Below the pieces are notes generated by a model. The model was not told the origin of the DNA, searched no databases, and worked only from the letters and a program-made list of their open reading frames with translations. Below are positions 40,198 through 52,410 of a stretch of DNA of 64,000 nucleotides, piece after piece (the stretch's first letter is position 1; each line of letters opens with the position of its first letter). Source of the stretch: Chrysomallon squamiferum (taxonomy: Eukaryota; Animalia; Mollusca); assembly GCA_012295275.1 (NCBI GenBank), contig CM022672.1, forward strand, positions 23,312,001 through 23,376,000, in the 5' to 3' direction. The translations under genes were made by a program, and so were the position numbers.

Positions 40198-40961
40198 AGT
40201 GGTATTCCTAACTCGATGTGAAAAAAACCAAAAAAACGGAAAATATAAATGTTTTATGACACATCAAATGAAGCTGTAGTTTTTCTCATATCACTGTGAT
40301 TCTTTAACAAATCTACAACTGATGAACATCGATATATTCTTTATATATATTGACAATGAATTCTTTTACGAGCAGCTGGCATCATCAAAACTGTCTTTTA
40401 CCTTATCATTAGATACAACGACAGCGAAATTAATTTTCGCGTAATTAATCGGCGAAGCTGAAATCATAGGCAGCTTTCTGTCAGAAATTCCAAGCAGCCA
40501 TCGCAATTTTTAGCGATGGTAACCAGAATGTTTAATTTCCATCAAAGCCAGCGAAATGAATTCATGGTCTAATCACGTCCTGACATGCATCACAGATGTA
40601 GAATATGCGCATACAGCTCTTGTGTTAATGAATATAAACAATGAATGATCAAAACTTTTAGGCAGCAAATACTAATTTTGTTAAGCATCATGACCTTGAT
40701 AATGCATTTATCATTAGTGCTACAGTATTAACAGCTTCTTAATAACATTATTTTTATTTTTATTTCCTTTCTTTTATGTCCTTTGTGCCCATATTGGTTT
40801 CTCTCTTTCTATATATATGTTTTATACGTATGTATGTGCGTATGTATATATGTATGTATGTATGTATGTAGGTATGTAGGTATGTATTTATGTAGGTATG
40901 TATGTGTATATGTGGTGTGCGAGGGATTCTGTGTGTTTAGCTATCTGTCTATCTATCTATC

Positions 40962-41004
<43 letters not shown>

Positions 41005-42193
41005 CATACCTTATATTGATAAGTAGAATGACAAAAAAAAAAAAAGGAGGAAAAATAATAAATTAATAAGTCACTTTACAAAAGTAATATGGGCTGATGT
41101 TTCTGGTTCACTGAGCGACAGAAAGACAGATGGACAAATAATGTACACAAACACGCAAATAATCACAAAGAAAAAAATAACGGAGATCACTCACAAAAGC
41201 CGTATCTCTGAATGTTTACTAACTGACCAAGCCAATGACTGTTAATTATCCAATGTTATCACTATTATCATTCCTCGGTGCCACGTAAAACAAGAGTAAC
41301 AATGCGAATACTATTCCTTCCGGCTCAGTGGGTAACGGTTCCTTATGACAATATTTTGTTTACGTACAAAGGTGCTGTGTGAATGTGGATGCAGTGCGTA
41401 GTAGAATACTCGGTACGTGTGTTATTTCGCTTGAAAGCTCTGCTTGTTATTTATCGTACATGATGTATTCTGTCTCATTTGATGGATAATAAGCACACTG
41501 TCTTGATGTACTAGACCTTAACAATAAAACTGTTTTGATAGCTGCAGTGCACATTAAAACGGTAATATTCGGTTGCTTTGCCGGTGAACCAGTCAAATGC
41601 ATCCTGTTGTGATGGTTTCTGATCATTACTGTTTTGTAGCTATGAGTTTCACTAAACTGATTAAAATGTCTTATGCGGTTAGTGTATCGGTTATCCACTG
41701 TAAATTAAGTATTCAGGTTACAAGAGTTTTTAGGCAGGACTCATTTCAGTGTAGGCAAGTCGCTAAATTTATAACACTAGTGACCATGCTTTTTTTTATA
41801 AAAATTATTCTGTTTCAACTATCATTAATGCACAAAGATATGAATTGCGTTTAGAATGGCTGAATACAACTTATTTCTATAACACAATAAAATGGCTGTC
41901 TTTGAAAATGTAATTTACCATTATTCAAAAAGAATAAACATCTTTTTTAATGCCGGTACGAAGTAAAGGCTGCATTTTCAGTCTGACAGTAAAAACTGGA
42001 TTAAAGAAAATGTAATACTCTATGTACTACAGAACAGAAATTATCATATAGCTGTTAAAGTACGTAATATAAGAAAAAAATCGAACTCATAGATGTTAGA
42101 TTAAAATAATTCTATAAATAAAACGATAACTAAAGGAGTTTGATGGTAACCAGCTAAATAAACTGCAAAGTTAGTTATGAGTGTATTGTACAA

Positions 42194-42346
42194 TAGAAAA
42201 ATATAGGCTATGATGGATGAAGTTTGTTAGGTTTGGAGGGTTTTGGGTGCAATTATAAAATTTACTGTTACCTTGATGGAAAAACTCTAATCGAGTAAAA
42301 ATGGGTTTTGTAGGCAGATTGGGACGTTAAATTGCACCTCCACAGT
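42194..42346 (+). mobile_element. Interspersed repeat fragment shared with 47681-47769 (probable non-autonomous DNA transposon)
   Basis: About 89 bp (TAGAAAAATATAGGCTATGATGGATGAAGTTTGTTAGG...GGAAA) is nearly identical to 47681-47769, in the same orientation. Confidence 0.65.
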
Positions 42347-42374
42347 ATAGTGCAGTGGTTCTATCTTAAAATGA

Positions 42375-42510
42375 AATTATTCCATTAAGGTTCAAGCACT
42401 CTGTCCTGGGCACACACATCATCTCTGGATTGGAGCCGGTTCCGGGATTCGAACCCCAACGTACAACAGTCCCGACCTTCCAAGGCTAGAGCAGTTCAAC
42501 GACCCTAATT
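42375..42510 (-). mobile_element. tRNA-derived SINE fragment
   Basis: Minus-strand Pol III B-box GGTTCGAATCC at 42445-42455, followed by a SINE-core-like GTGTGCCCAGGACAGAGTGCTTGAACC segment. No complete tRNA cloverleaf. Confidence 0.6.
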
Positions 42511-42631
42511 GTGTTGCTATAAGCTGTAGGCAAAACGGGATGCAGGCACAATGGTACTAATCCTGAATAAGGGTCTATTTTCATAACTGTTCTGACTCTG
42601 GAAGTATAATTATAATTATGTATTATAGCAG

Positions 42632-42667
<36 letters not shown>

Positions 42668-44045
42668 TCGACACATCGAATCAGATTCGATACAGTCTTA
42701 ATGGACCATTTTGTATTTTACTGCTATTTTCTCATTATAAGTCTAAAAATTACCAGTGCAGTTGTAATGTTTCCATCTTCATGAGAAGTCTTCAGGAATG
42801 ACAGTGCTTATTGCAGTGGACATTATAAGAGGCCACAGTATAAGATTGTTTTAATGATATTGTAGACATATGTCATCACCACCACCATAACAACAACCAC
42901 TTCTGTTACTATTACCATTACCTTTACAACAACTACTACTACTATCACGGCTCCTACAACTACTGTCACAACAAATACAACTGCTACTATTATTCTATTA
43001 GTACCATCTACTACTAGAACTGCTAACAATTCATACAAACATCACCAGGCTGCATGTATTGTTCTTTGACTACTGTTAGTATTTTTTTTCTTTCTATTAC
43101 AGCTAATTAGAAGACGGTGATCCTCTTGATAAGGACGATAATGATTAATCTAACACGTATTATGACACTGTTATTGTTTTGGTGTCTTCATCTTGCTCTC
43201 ACCCTTATTAAATAGTTTAATCTACTTTAAGAAGACTGTCATCGAAGCCTTCAACACTGTCGTGTCAGTTTTTAAATCTACAGGAAACCTATAATCTACT
43301 AATGTACCTGAATAGGAATGAATTTCCATCAGTAGAACGACATTTCCTCGAAGTAGTGGCAGCAAAGCACTGGACGACCTTTTATAGAAAACTCCACATG
43401 ATCATGATCAACACCTAATGATAACATTTTGTATTTGATATTTTGACCGAATACTTATGAATGCTAATGTCTAATATCAGTAACTTGTCTTTTGATAATG
43501 TATTCTCTTCGTACTTATTTGCTCTATGTATGAATCTGTGCACCTCCATGACTTCGCGTTTGTCTGCGAATATTTCCAATTCAATTATTACGGGCTCAGC
43601 GGCTCCAAATTTTTGTCCTTGCAATCCTGACAAACAAGGAAACCTTATTATCTTTTGACATTGTAAGCGACATATTAGGATGTTGTGAATAATAGTGGAC
43701 AAAAGAAACAAAGAAGTTGGTGCAAACTATGGTGTTATTCTTATTAATAAGAAAATCGATATTAGGTTAATCTGTTATCACGAAACCGAGTGATACAGCA
43801 GAGTAGAAGGGCATGGCAACAAGTACACAGGGAAGGAAAGGAAGAATCAGACGAAGAATATTGCACAGAAAGAGAGAGAAAGAGAAAAGAAAGAATGAAA
43901 AAAGAAACAGAATGAAAGAACATTCGAAAGTATAATTATGTGGGAGGACGGATTTTTTAGTCAAAATCAAACATTATGTTCTTGAATAATGAAGACGTTG
44001 TATAAGGTAGCATTACACAATGACCTTGGATAAATCAGTAGTGGA

Positions 44046-44269
<224 letters not shown>

Positions 44270-44907
44270 CAAACACGGAACCATTCCTTCCTTGATTTTC
44301 CCCATTACACGTATGTAATGTTGTCTACCTTATTTTTATGTCATCCCTCAGTTCCTGGAGTTAAATAAAAACTAATACTTTAAATGGTTAATTCCTATTT
44401 TGAACAAACACATCCAAATTTCTTAGAATCACAGAAGTCAAACTCGATGTGTTACCGAGGAATTTTTATATGTACATGCCACGTTAGTTTGACAAGTTGT
44501 ATCTGGCAATATTCATTAGTTGTACGAGTATGTTTGGCACTTTAAGTAATAAAAATTCGCTAAGTATTGGCAAGGACCTGTTTAATAGGGCCAAAATGAC
44601 ATATTTGATGTGATATTTACAACTGAAATGTCCTAAGAGATGCGACCGGGAAGTAACAAATTGCTGCTTTGATGATGGCTCACCTCTGAAACGAATTAAG
44701 CATCTAACGCGCGAAATCAAAGTGACAAGAAATGTTTTAGTTTAAATATCTGCAGCGAGTCATTGTAAACAGTTAACAGTAAAGAGCTTTTCAGGCTCAG
44801 AGTATCTAAATTTTTTGGATGGAAGGTTACAGTTTAATGATTGCAAGTGAAAGATAAAAAAACTACATTTATGTAACAGTTTCATTAAAAATAAACTGCA
44901 TCTGGAA

Positions 44908-44908
<1 letters not shown>

Positions 44909-44998
<90 letters not shown>
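44909..44998. repeat. (AAT)n-(AT)n compound microsatellite
   Basis: Directly visible. Confidence 0.95.
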
Positions 44999-45000
<2 letters not shown>

Positions 45001-45163
45001 AATACATTATAATCTTTTGACTATAGATCTATCAAACATGGTTAACATATTTTTGAAATGACTGGGGTTAAACATAAACAAAATATTTTTTTGGCAAATT
45101 CACTTTTACTATAAAGTGTGATTAAATGATGTTCAGTAATTTTTATGACTATTATTCCATTAC

Positions 45164-45383
45164 ATAACTCATACTTTATATTGTACAGGGATATGATTTT
45201 AATATATATAACCATAATTATACACAAAAACAAGCCAACAGACAAACAAACACCTATCAGTGCGTAATTTTATCCAATAATAACTCATACTTTATACTGC
45301 ACAGTGATATGATTTTAAATCTATATACATATACACACAAATACGCCAACAGACACACAAACCTATCAGTGGGTAATTCTATC
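45164..45383. repeat. Tandem duplication of a ~116 bp unit (2 diverged copies)
   Basis: ATAACTCATACTTTATA...GATATGATTTTAA...GCCAACAGACA...ACCTATCAGTG.GTAATT.TATC starts at 45164 and again at 45280. Confidence 0.85.
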
Positions 45384-47498
45384 AGAAATTCAATAAAAGA
45401 AGCCTATCAGCTGTCTATCTAATCTGCTAATAAAAAAACCGTTTGCCGTGGGAAACATCAGAAGAAAAGTTTCTGGATGAATATCATTGCCTGTGGCAGT
45501 TTCGACATGCCAGCTGCCTGCTTTACTAATTGATAGTAGTAACCATTGCATTTAATCAAGCAGAAAAAACGTTTAGTTCATTATATTAAAACAAAAGTAA
45601 TATACATTAATACATACAGAAAATTGCATACATACATACACACATATACTCACACATATAATATCAGTAAACACATATACACACATACACACATAAACAC
45701 ATACATACATAGATACATACACATAACAACAGTAAACATATATGCATGCACAGAAGTACGTTATTCTGTAACTGGATGCTTCCACAAACACATTTATAGA
45801 ATATAAATATAATTCAGATGAAGAGAATGAGACAGTGAGGAATGGAGGTACGAATGTTTGGATGATTGGATGGACAAACAGAGATAAGATATAAAGACAA
45901 ATATCACATATCACATATTTTATTGTTATATCTTCACATATTTCGGATGACCATTGAAATTTTGTTTCAGTCTTATTTTTTATTCCATCAAATTTATCTT
46001 ATTAACATGTATTGATACTTATATACATAAATAAAAATGCACATCTAGTTCTCACGTGATAAGTATTTCTGAAATAAACTTTACACTATACAGTTTTGTA
46101 GCTTGGTGATTGAGCACATATTTAAATGAATCAATATTTTATGGGTTTTTTTCTTAAATATTCTATAGAAAGTCAACGTTTCTTGTCAAAAGACTATCGG
46201 AATCAATATTTTTTATTGTGAAAAATACTTACCGTTTGGCATGTACTAATTGTAATCCTAAATGAATTAAACATGACAAAAAAAAATCTTGCTGAAGTAA
46301 TATTTTATGCCTGTCAGTTTTATGCTTTGATCCACAAAATTAAAAATAATCTCAGCAGCTGAAATTTGACGACACACTGACTCTCTCTTTTCAGTTTTCT
46401 CAATACCAAGGCACTGCAACGTGTTTTTCAGTTGACCGCTGTGGCTTATCTTTGTTAAAGCATTCTGTTATTTACTATTCTAGAAAACCCGAACCATTAG
46501 CGGCTTTAAATGCAGCGAACACTTTGACAGCATTCAGTTTGGTTGCTGTTTCTGCAGACAAATTTTAACGTTAATAACAACAAACATTGGCATTCTCAAG
46601 CTCTTTGCTTGTGACATTAATGTTGATGAATTTGGCAACCGAAGGTTCTGGCCAAATTAATTCAGTAACTTCGAGATCCAAATGACCATTAATGATGCTG
46701 TCAATCGAGAAACTAGCTTCTGAACTTAAAGAGCTGTTCTTTATTGACTTCATTCTCGCCTCTGGCGTGAAGAAGTTGCGTAGTCGAAAAAAAAAAAAAA
46801 AATTCACTCTATTCATTTTAAATTCAGTTTCAAGGCTAAGACGCTCGAGAAATTTACATTTCCAGTTATCGCTAAGAAGTGTCCTTGTCCTGCAAAATAT
46901 TTATCTGGATCAGATTTTAACATTCATTGACATCTTCTGTAATAAGATGCAAAGATACTGTGACTGGAATCTTCGTAACGGTTACATTTCATTTTCGAAG
47001 TAATCTGAAAAGTGCACTTTATTTAATGTCGTCTCTAGAATTGCTTTATCGCATTACTTTCTCTATAATCTTAAACACATCAATTTCTTTTTTTTTATAT
47101 TTTCGCACAGTTAATTTAACATAATTCACTGACTAAAACAGAGTAATGGTAATAGTTAAAAATACGATTTATTCAAAATCACATTGCAAATAAAATAAAC
47201 CCGCAAACCCGCATATGGAAACAGTTCCAGGAATAAACAAAGGCACAGTGGGAAGCAAAAGATAGCCACAGGTCAAAAATAAAGATAACGATTTTCAAAG
47301 CACATTTAAAACGCTCCACGTGTTCAGATGTAATGCATTTAAAAATTTGATTAAAGTCTCAAACCTTTGAAAGATTGCGCTTGCTTTTTTTCCACATTAT
47401 ATACTTAGTTCAGATGGGTATGTAAGAAAGAAATAAAAAGAAGAAGAAGAAAAAGAAAGAGGTTAAATAGAAATAAATAAAATTAAAAACCTTTTTCT

Positions 47499-47770
47499 GT
47501 ACAGTTGATCCTCGATTTCACGGAATAATAGGGAAGCACCGATCCGTAAAATGCAAACGTTTGGAAAATCGCGAATTAACCCTAAAATTTACCGAAACAT
47601 GACAACTGTATAAATCAGTAATCTAATGAAAGAGAAATAAAAACAAATAAAATGCAGTACATGTGAAGAAAAATGCACAGTAGAAAAATATAGGCTATGA
47701 TGGATGAAGTTTGTTAGGTTTGGAGGGTTTTGGGTGCAACTATAAAATTTTCTGTTACCTTAATGGAAAG
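47499..47770 (+). mobile_element. 5' part of a Tigger/pogo-like non-autonomous element
   Basis: Begins TA|CAGTTGATCCTCG, resembling a pogo/Tigger-type terminus after a TA target, and contains the 89-bp segment duplicated at 42194-42282. Confidence 0.55.
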
Positions 47771-48109
47771 AGAGGGTTGAAGAGAGGGTTGCCTTCATCT
47801 TGTAGTGTGACTCAGAATAACATAATTGTACTTAGAAGTAAGGGTACAAGTGGAAAATGGCGGCAGTGTAATCCAGCGACAACAACACAAATAACAACAG
47901 CAGCAACAACAACAATACTAAATAATTTTATAAATTCAAATAAAAGTAAAAGTAAAAGAAATACGATAAATAAATAACGAATAAACAAAATAGATAAAAA
48001 TAAATGTATAAACAATTATTGGTAATAAATGTACTGCCTCAGGGGCTAGACAGAGAACGACACATCACTAACACCAGTGCGTATTGTTTATTCACGTGCT
48101 ATATTTTCT

Positions 48110-48550
48110 AGATGAATTTATCCGGCTTCCAGAAAGCCTGACAAAAAATCCAGAAAACCTCCAATTTTATTTAAAACTAGCATCTTTTACACGCGCTTTG
48201 TTTTAGCTTCCATGACACCAATTTAACACAGTTCTGCTCTGTACCTGTGATTCTGTCACAGTAAGCTCTTATTTTTTTCAGTTTACTCTCATTTTCTTTA
48301 ACATTAACAGAAAGGCAGCTTGCTAGTGAAAAGCGTATGCTACACACGTATTTTATGTGAATTAATAAAGATCAAACAGACACTGCTTTAGAAGAATTTT
48401 AATTTGTGTGTGTTACATACAGTGTCATTCTTTATTTTTTCACTGTTTATTTTATAATTTAAGTAAAACTTTAGCCCGTATCCAGTAACCTGGCATTTCA
48501 AAAAATCCCGGCAACCTCCGGTCCCAAGACTGCCGAATAAATGGTTCGAT
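48110..48550. mobile_element. Degenerate MITE-like element
   Basis: Imperfect inverted ends ATTTATCCGGC (48116-48126) and GCCGAATAAAT (48532-48542), with subterminal ATCCAG/ATCCCGGCA-type repeats near both ends. Confidence 0.4.
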
Positions 48551-49458
48551 GTCTGATTTTGTAAACGAAGTCCTTAATTAAATCATATATAGTTTATAAT
48601 AACGCAGATATAACTACAGTTGATACTCTTGTTGATGTTGTATTTCTTTTTTCTTGTTTTAATTAATGAAGAGAAACGTGATGCTCCAATGGCGTGACGT
48701 TAATTAATTATTCTTTTTCCTCTTTTTGTTGTGCTCATTGTTACTGCCTTTTTGCTGTCGTTCAGGGTTTTTTGGTTACCGTTTAGATATACTGCTGCTC
48801 TTTATCAATAATATAAATAGTTATATACAGTACATAAATAAAATAAAAATATTCTGCTTAATCCATCATATTCGAAATTTCTTTAACTAAAATATATTTA
48901 ACTTGTTAAAACATGATAGATTTTGGTTATTAATAGCACCAGATGAATGTGGTTGTGTGTATATTTGTGTGTCTGTAAATGTGCGTATTTTTTAGATAGT
49001 TGCACATCCGTACTTAATGCTTTATCTATACAGAAATGCTTTATCTATAGTTATAATAGACGTACTGTTATACAAAATAACCTGTATTGTTTTCGCTTAT
49101 ATATATATATATATATAACAGTGATATTGTGATTACTTTAACTGGCAAGAAATATTTTATTAAAGTTATGCTCAAGATATTTTTGAGAAAGAGTTCGTTT
49201 ATGGCCTAACAGATAAAATAAAGTATTACACAGATAAAGGTCAAAGCAAATCCTCTACAGCCATATACGTAGCTTATATTTTTTTAAATAACAAAAAAAA
49301 TATTTTAAATGTACTTTTACAAGAAAAAAAAAAGAAAAGGAAAACATATATCACAGTCTGATACATCAGAAAGAAAAAACAGAAGGCAAAACTATTACAC
49401 TTACTTTAACTAAAACAGAAATATTTCTAAGTAAAATAAATAATGTCATTCTACTTAC

Positions 49459-49680
49459 GTTAGTCCTCAACGCTGATCAGCTGCATGTTGGAATCAATAG
49501 TAGGTTTCCGAGATCGCTAACATCTTATGAATACCACATGTTGCTGATCTGTGACAGCAATATCACTGGCCATTCTCCGTAGCGTCAGTAAACAGCAGTC
49601 TGCAGCAAGTGATTGGCCAAACAGCATGACGTCACACGGGGCTAACTGTAAAATGTGGCAGCACCGGTGTGGAAGATTTG
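49459..49680 (-). promoter_or_regulatory. Candidate promoter and non-coding first exon (CRE plus CCAAT plus strong donor)
   Basis: Perfect CRE palindrome TGACGTCA at 49627-49634, adjacent ATTGG (CCAAT on minus) at 49612-49616, and a minus-strand donor AC|GTAAGT at 49459/49458 within a GC-richer island. Confidence 0.4.
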
Positions 49681-49811
49681 TTTATTGGCAAATCTAGAAG
49701 ACTCTTCTCAACAACTTTCTGTCTGTAGCAGGTATAAGATTAAATTCTGCATGATACGTTTTATATGTATCTATGTGTGTATGTATGTATATATATGTGT
49801 GTATATATAAT

Positions 49812-49847
<36 letters not shown>

Positions 49848-50050
49848 AAGAGAGAGAGTGAGTGTGTGGGTATCTATACATGAATGAATGAATGAATGAA
49901 TTAAGTAGATCACTAGATATACTTAAACATTGTGTATGTTTATAAGTTTATGTATATGACAGGGAATTACTGTATCTTTTGATTCAGATAGATCTTACTT
50001 GCTGGTTTTTGGTATGATATGTATTGCCTAAGTGTTGCTAACTGCTAGTG

Positions 50051-50116
<66 letters not shown>

Positions 50117-50170
50117 ATAATAATAATAATAGCAACAACAACAACAATGATAATAATAATAAGAAGAAGC
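50051..50170. repeat. (ACT)n-(AAT)n-(AAC)n compound microsatellite
   Basis: Directly visible. Confidence 0.95.
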
Positions 50171-50440
50171 AGAATAATTTGAGACTTTTAACTGTTTGTG
50201 CAGCCGTACATACGTGTGTGTATGTGTGTGTTTGTGAGTGCGTTTGTCTATGTGTGCATGTGTATAAAATGTGAACATTGGGACTTATGAAGTATGTATG
50301 TGCCAACTGTAGCATGCAATTTTTAATTATTTTAATATAATTCTTATATATTTATAAATATTTTGGTTTGTTGACTTAACACAATAAATTACTTGATTTT
50401 GAATATCCGTAAGAATAAAAAAATATAGATATTTAAATAA

Positions 50441-50484
<44 letters not shown>

Positions 50485-52374
50485 TAATGATTAATGATGA
50501 TGATTATATTACGATGATGATGATGATAAAATAAAGCTGTGTATGTGATGGTATCCTACATTAGCTACGAGTATGTTAAAGTTTTTCAGAGGATTTCAGG
50601 ATTTCAGAGTTTGGAACTTTGAATCATTTATAATCATCAATGACGTTGGGATTACCCGACTTCGAGATGTGGGAGAGATTGGTATCGAATCGTGTATCAA
50701 AATAACTACGTCATCTGCTTTGATTGCAAGAGACAAGATTAACGAGAGAGAATGGGCTACAATCCGGTGCTTGAACGCTCCTTTGGACAGCCAAAGGTGT
50801 CAGGAATAAATTTCCTTGGATCGACATTTGTGGTTTTTTCGTTGTTTTTCATATCATCATTAAATGAAAAATGTACCCGACAACCGTTTATGAAGGTGTC
50901 GATAAATAACTATTAATTTATCAAAAGTCTGAAAAGGAATAACTGAATGTTAACTAAAAGAAGATAATCCAAAAAAAAGGGGAGAAAAACGAAAACTTCC
51001 TTGATTCCTACAGATTAATATGAATGTTAAAAAGAATCTTTTTCTAACCAAACACTAAATGATATTTCTTTGTACAACAGAGAAAACCATATCTAAATTA
51101 ATGACATCGAAGTCTTATTTTCAGTGCGGTCATTTATTTTCCGTAACATTGTCGATTATTTAAGTCAGTTTCCAATCTCTTCCATGATACATGATCCCTG
51201 TTCTCCAGCTTGCCATGTAACAGCGGATATTAATTTAATTTCTTTAGCGCCATGACCACTGGAATGACATGCCGCGACTGTTGTCACCAAACACAGGCAA
51301 TTTAATCCGTGTTGTCTGGTTATAGAAAAAATCATGTGTGTAAAATATAGTTTCAAATAGACAATATTCCCCTGACAACAGTGTCTGATTTGATCGATAA
51401 TATGCTGGTCTTATTTTCCCTTTTTTCGGTTTTGTTTATGTCATATGAAAATAATTATATCTAAATAATTAGTTCTGGAATGTCTCGGACGTATCAATAA
51501 CCGCTGTAATTGGAACATGCAATCTTTATTTCAGGCAAATAATAATGGAGAAATCTACAGGTTTTGATATATTTGAATTTTTTTTTTTTTATATATAGAC
51601 AAATGGGAAAATGCGTCGATTACATCATGAATTATATTCAAGTTAAATAAAGAGTAATGCCATAATTCGCTCGGTTATATTATCAGTTAGATCACAATTC
51701 TGTTTTGCCTATCATACAGTGGAATACATATTTCTGTTTCTTTCTGTTTCTCTTTCTTTCTCTCTCTGTCTCTTCCTTTTTGTACCTCTCTCTCACTGTC
51801 TGTTGTATTTCAGCGTTTTAGCAAACGAATAAACAAACATATACAAAAATAAAAACATATTAAAAAATAAAATAAAATAATGATATCACTTTTAATCATG
51901 CCTAAACATTTGAAACATACAATATAGTTTACGACAAGTACTTTTACTAGAACTACTACATCTACCGCAGCTGCTACTATTCTACTACACTATTCTACTA
52001 CACTAGAATTATTATGACTAGCACCACTTACTATTACTATCATTATTCTGAAATCACTCCTCCTTCATTACCACAAAACGACAAAACAGACTTTGTAAAT
52101 ATTAAACTATTAAAAACTGAAATAAAGAATATTATTTCAGTCTATTTTGTATAAATGTATTTTTTATCTTCATTTTCTATTTCTTCGACTCCTTTTTAAA
52201 TGTTTTTTTTTTATTATTATTTTTTTATTATTATCATCATTTTTTAACTTAAAAATCTTTTTGAGCTTTATTATAATGAAGAATACTTCAGAGAACAAGA
52301 GAGTTTTCACAAATTACATAGCTGAAGGCAAGTTGATTATTTACTGAGTAATCAGTGGGATTCTGGTGTCAAGA

Positions 52375-52410
<36 letters not shown>

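Noticed and set aside
40195-40225. TACAGTGGTATTCC, resembling a Tigger left terminus
   Set aside because: Too short, no partner end nearby, and on the wrong side to pair with the 27.4 kb right end.
42430-42510. Possible tRNA gene
   Set aside because: A B-box is present but no acceptor stem or cloverleaf can be built. It is better explained as a SINE head.
43415-43711. Overlapping 98-aa and 65-aa ORFs on opposite strands
   Set aside because: No recognisable homology and no convincing phase-consistent neighbouring exons.
46571-47003. ORFs in the 46.2-47.1 kb island
   Set aside because: They run through a poly-A/T tract and show no domain signature. The island is treated as non-coding.
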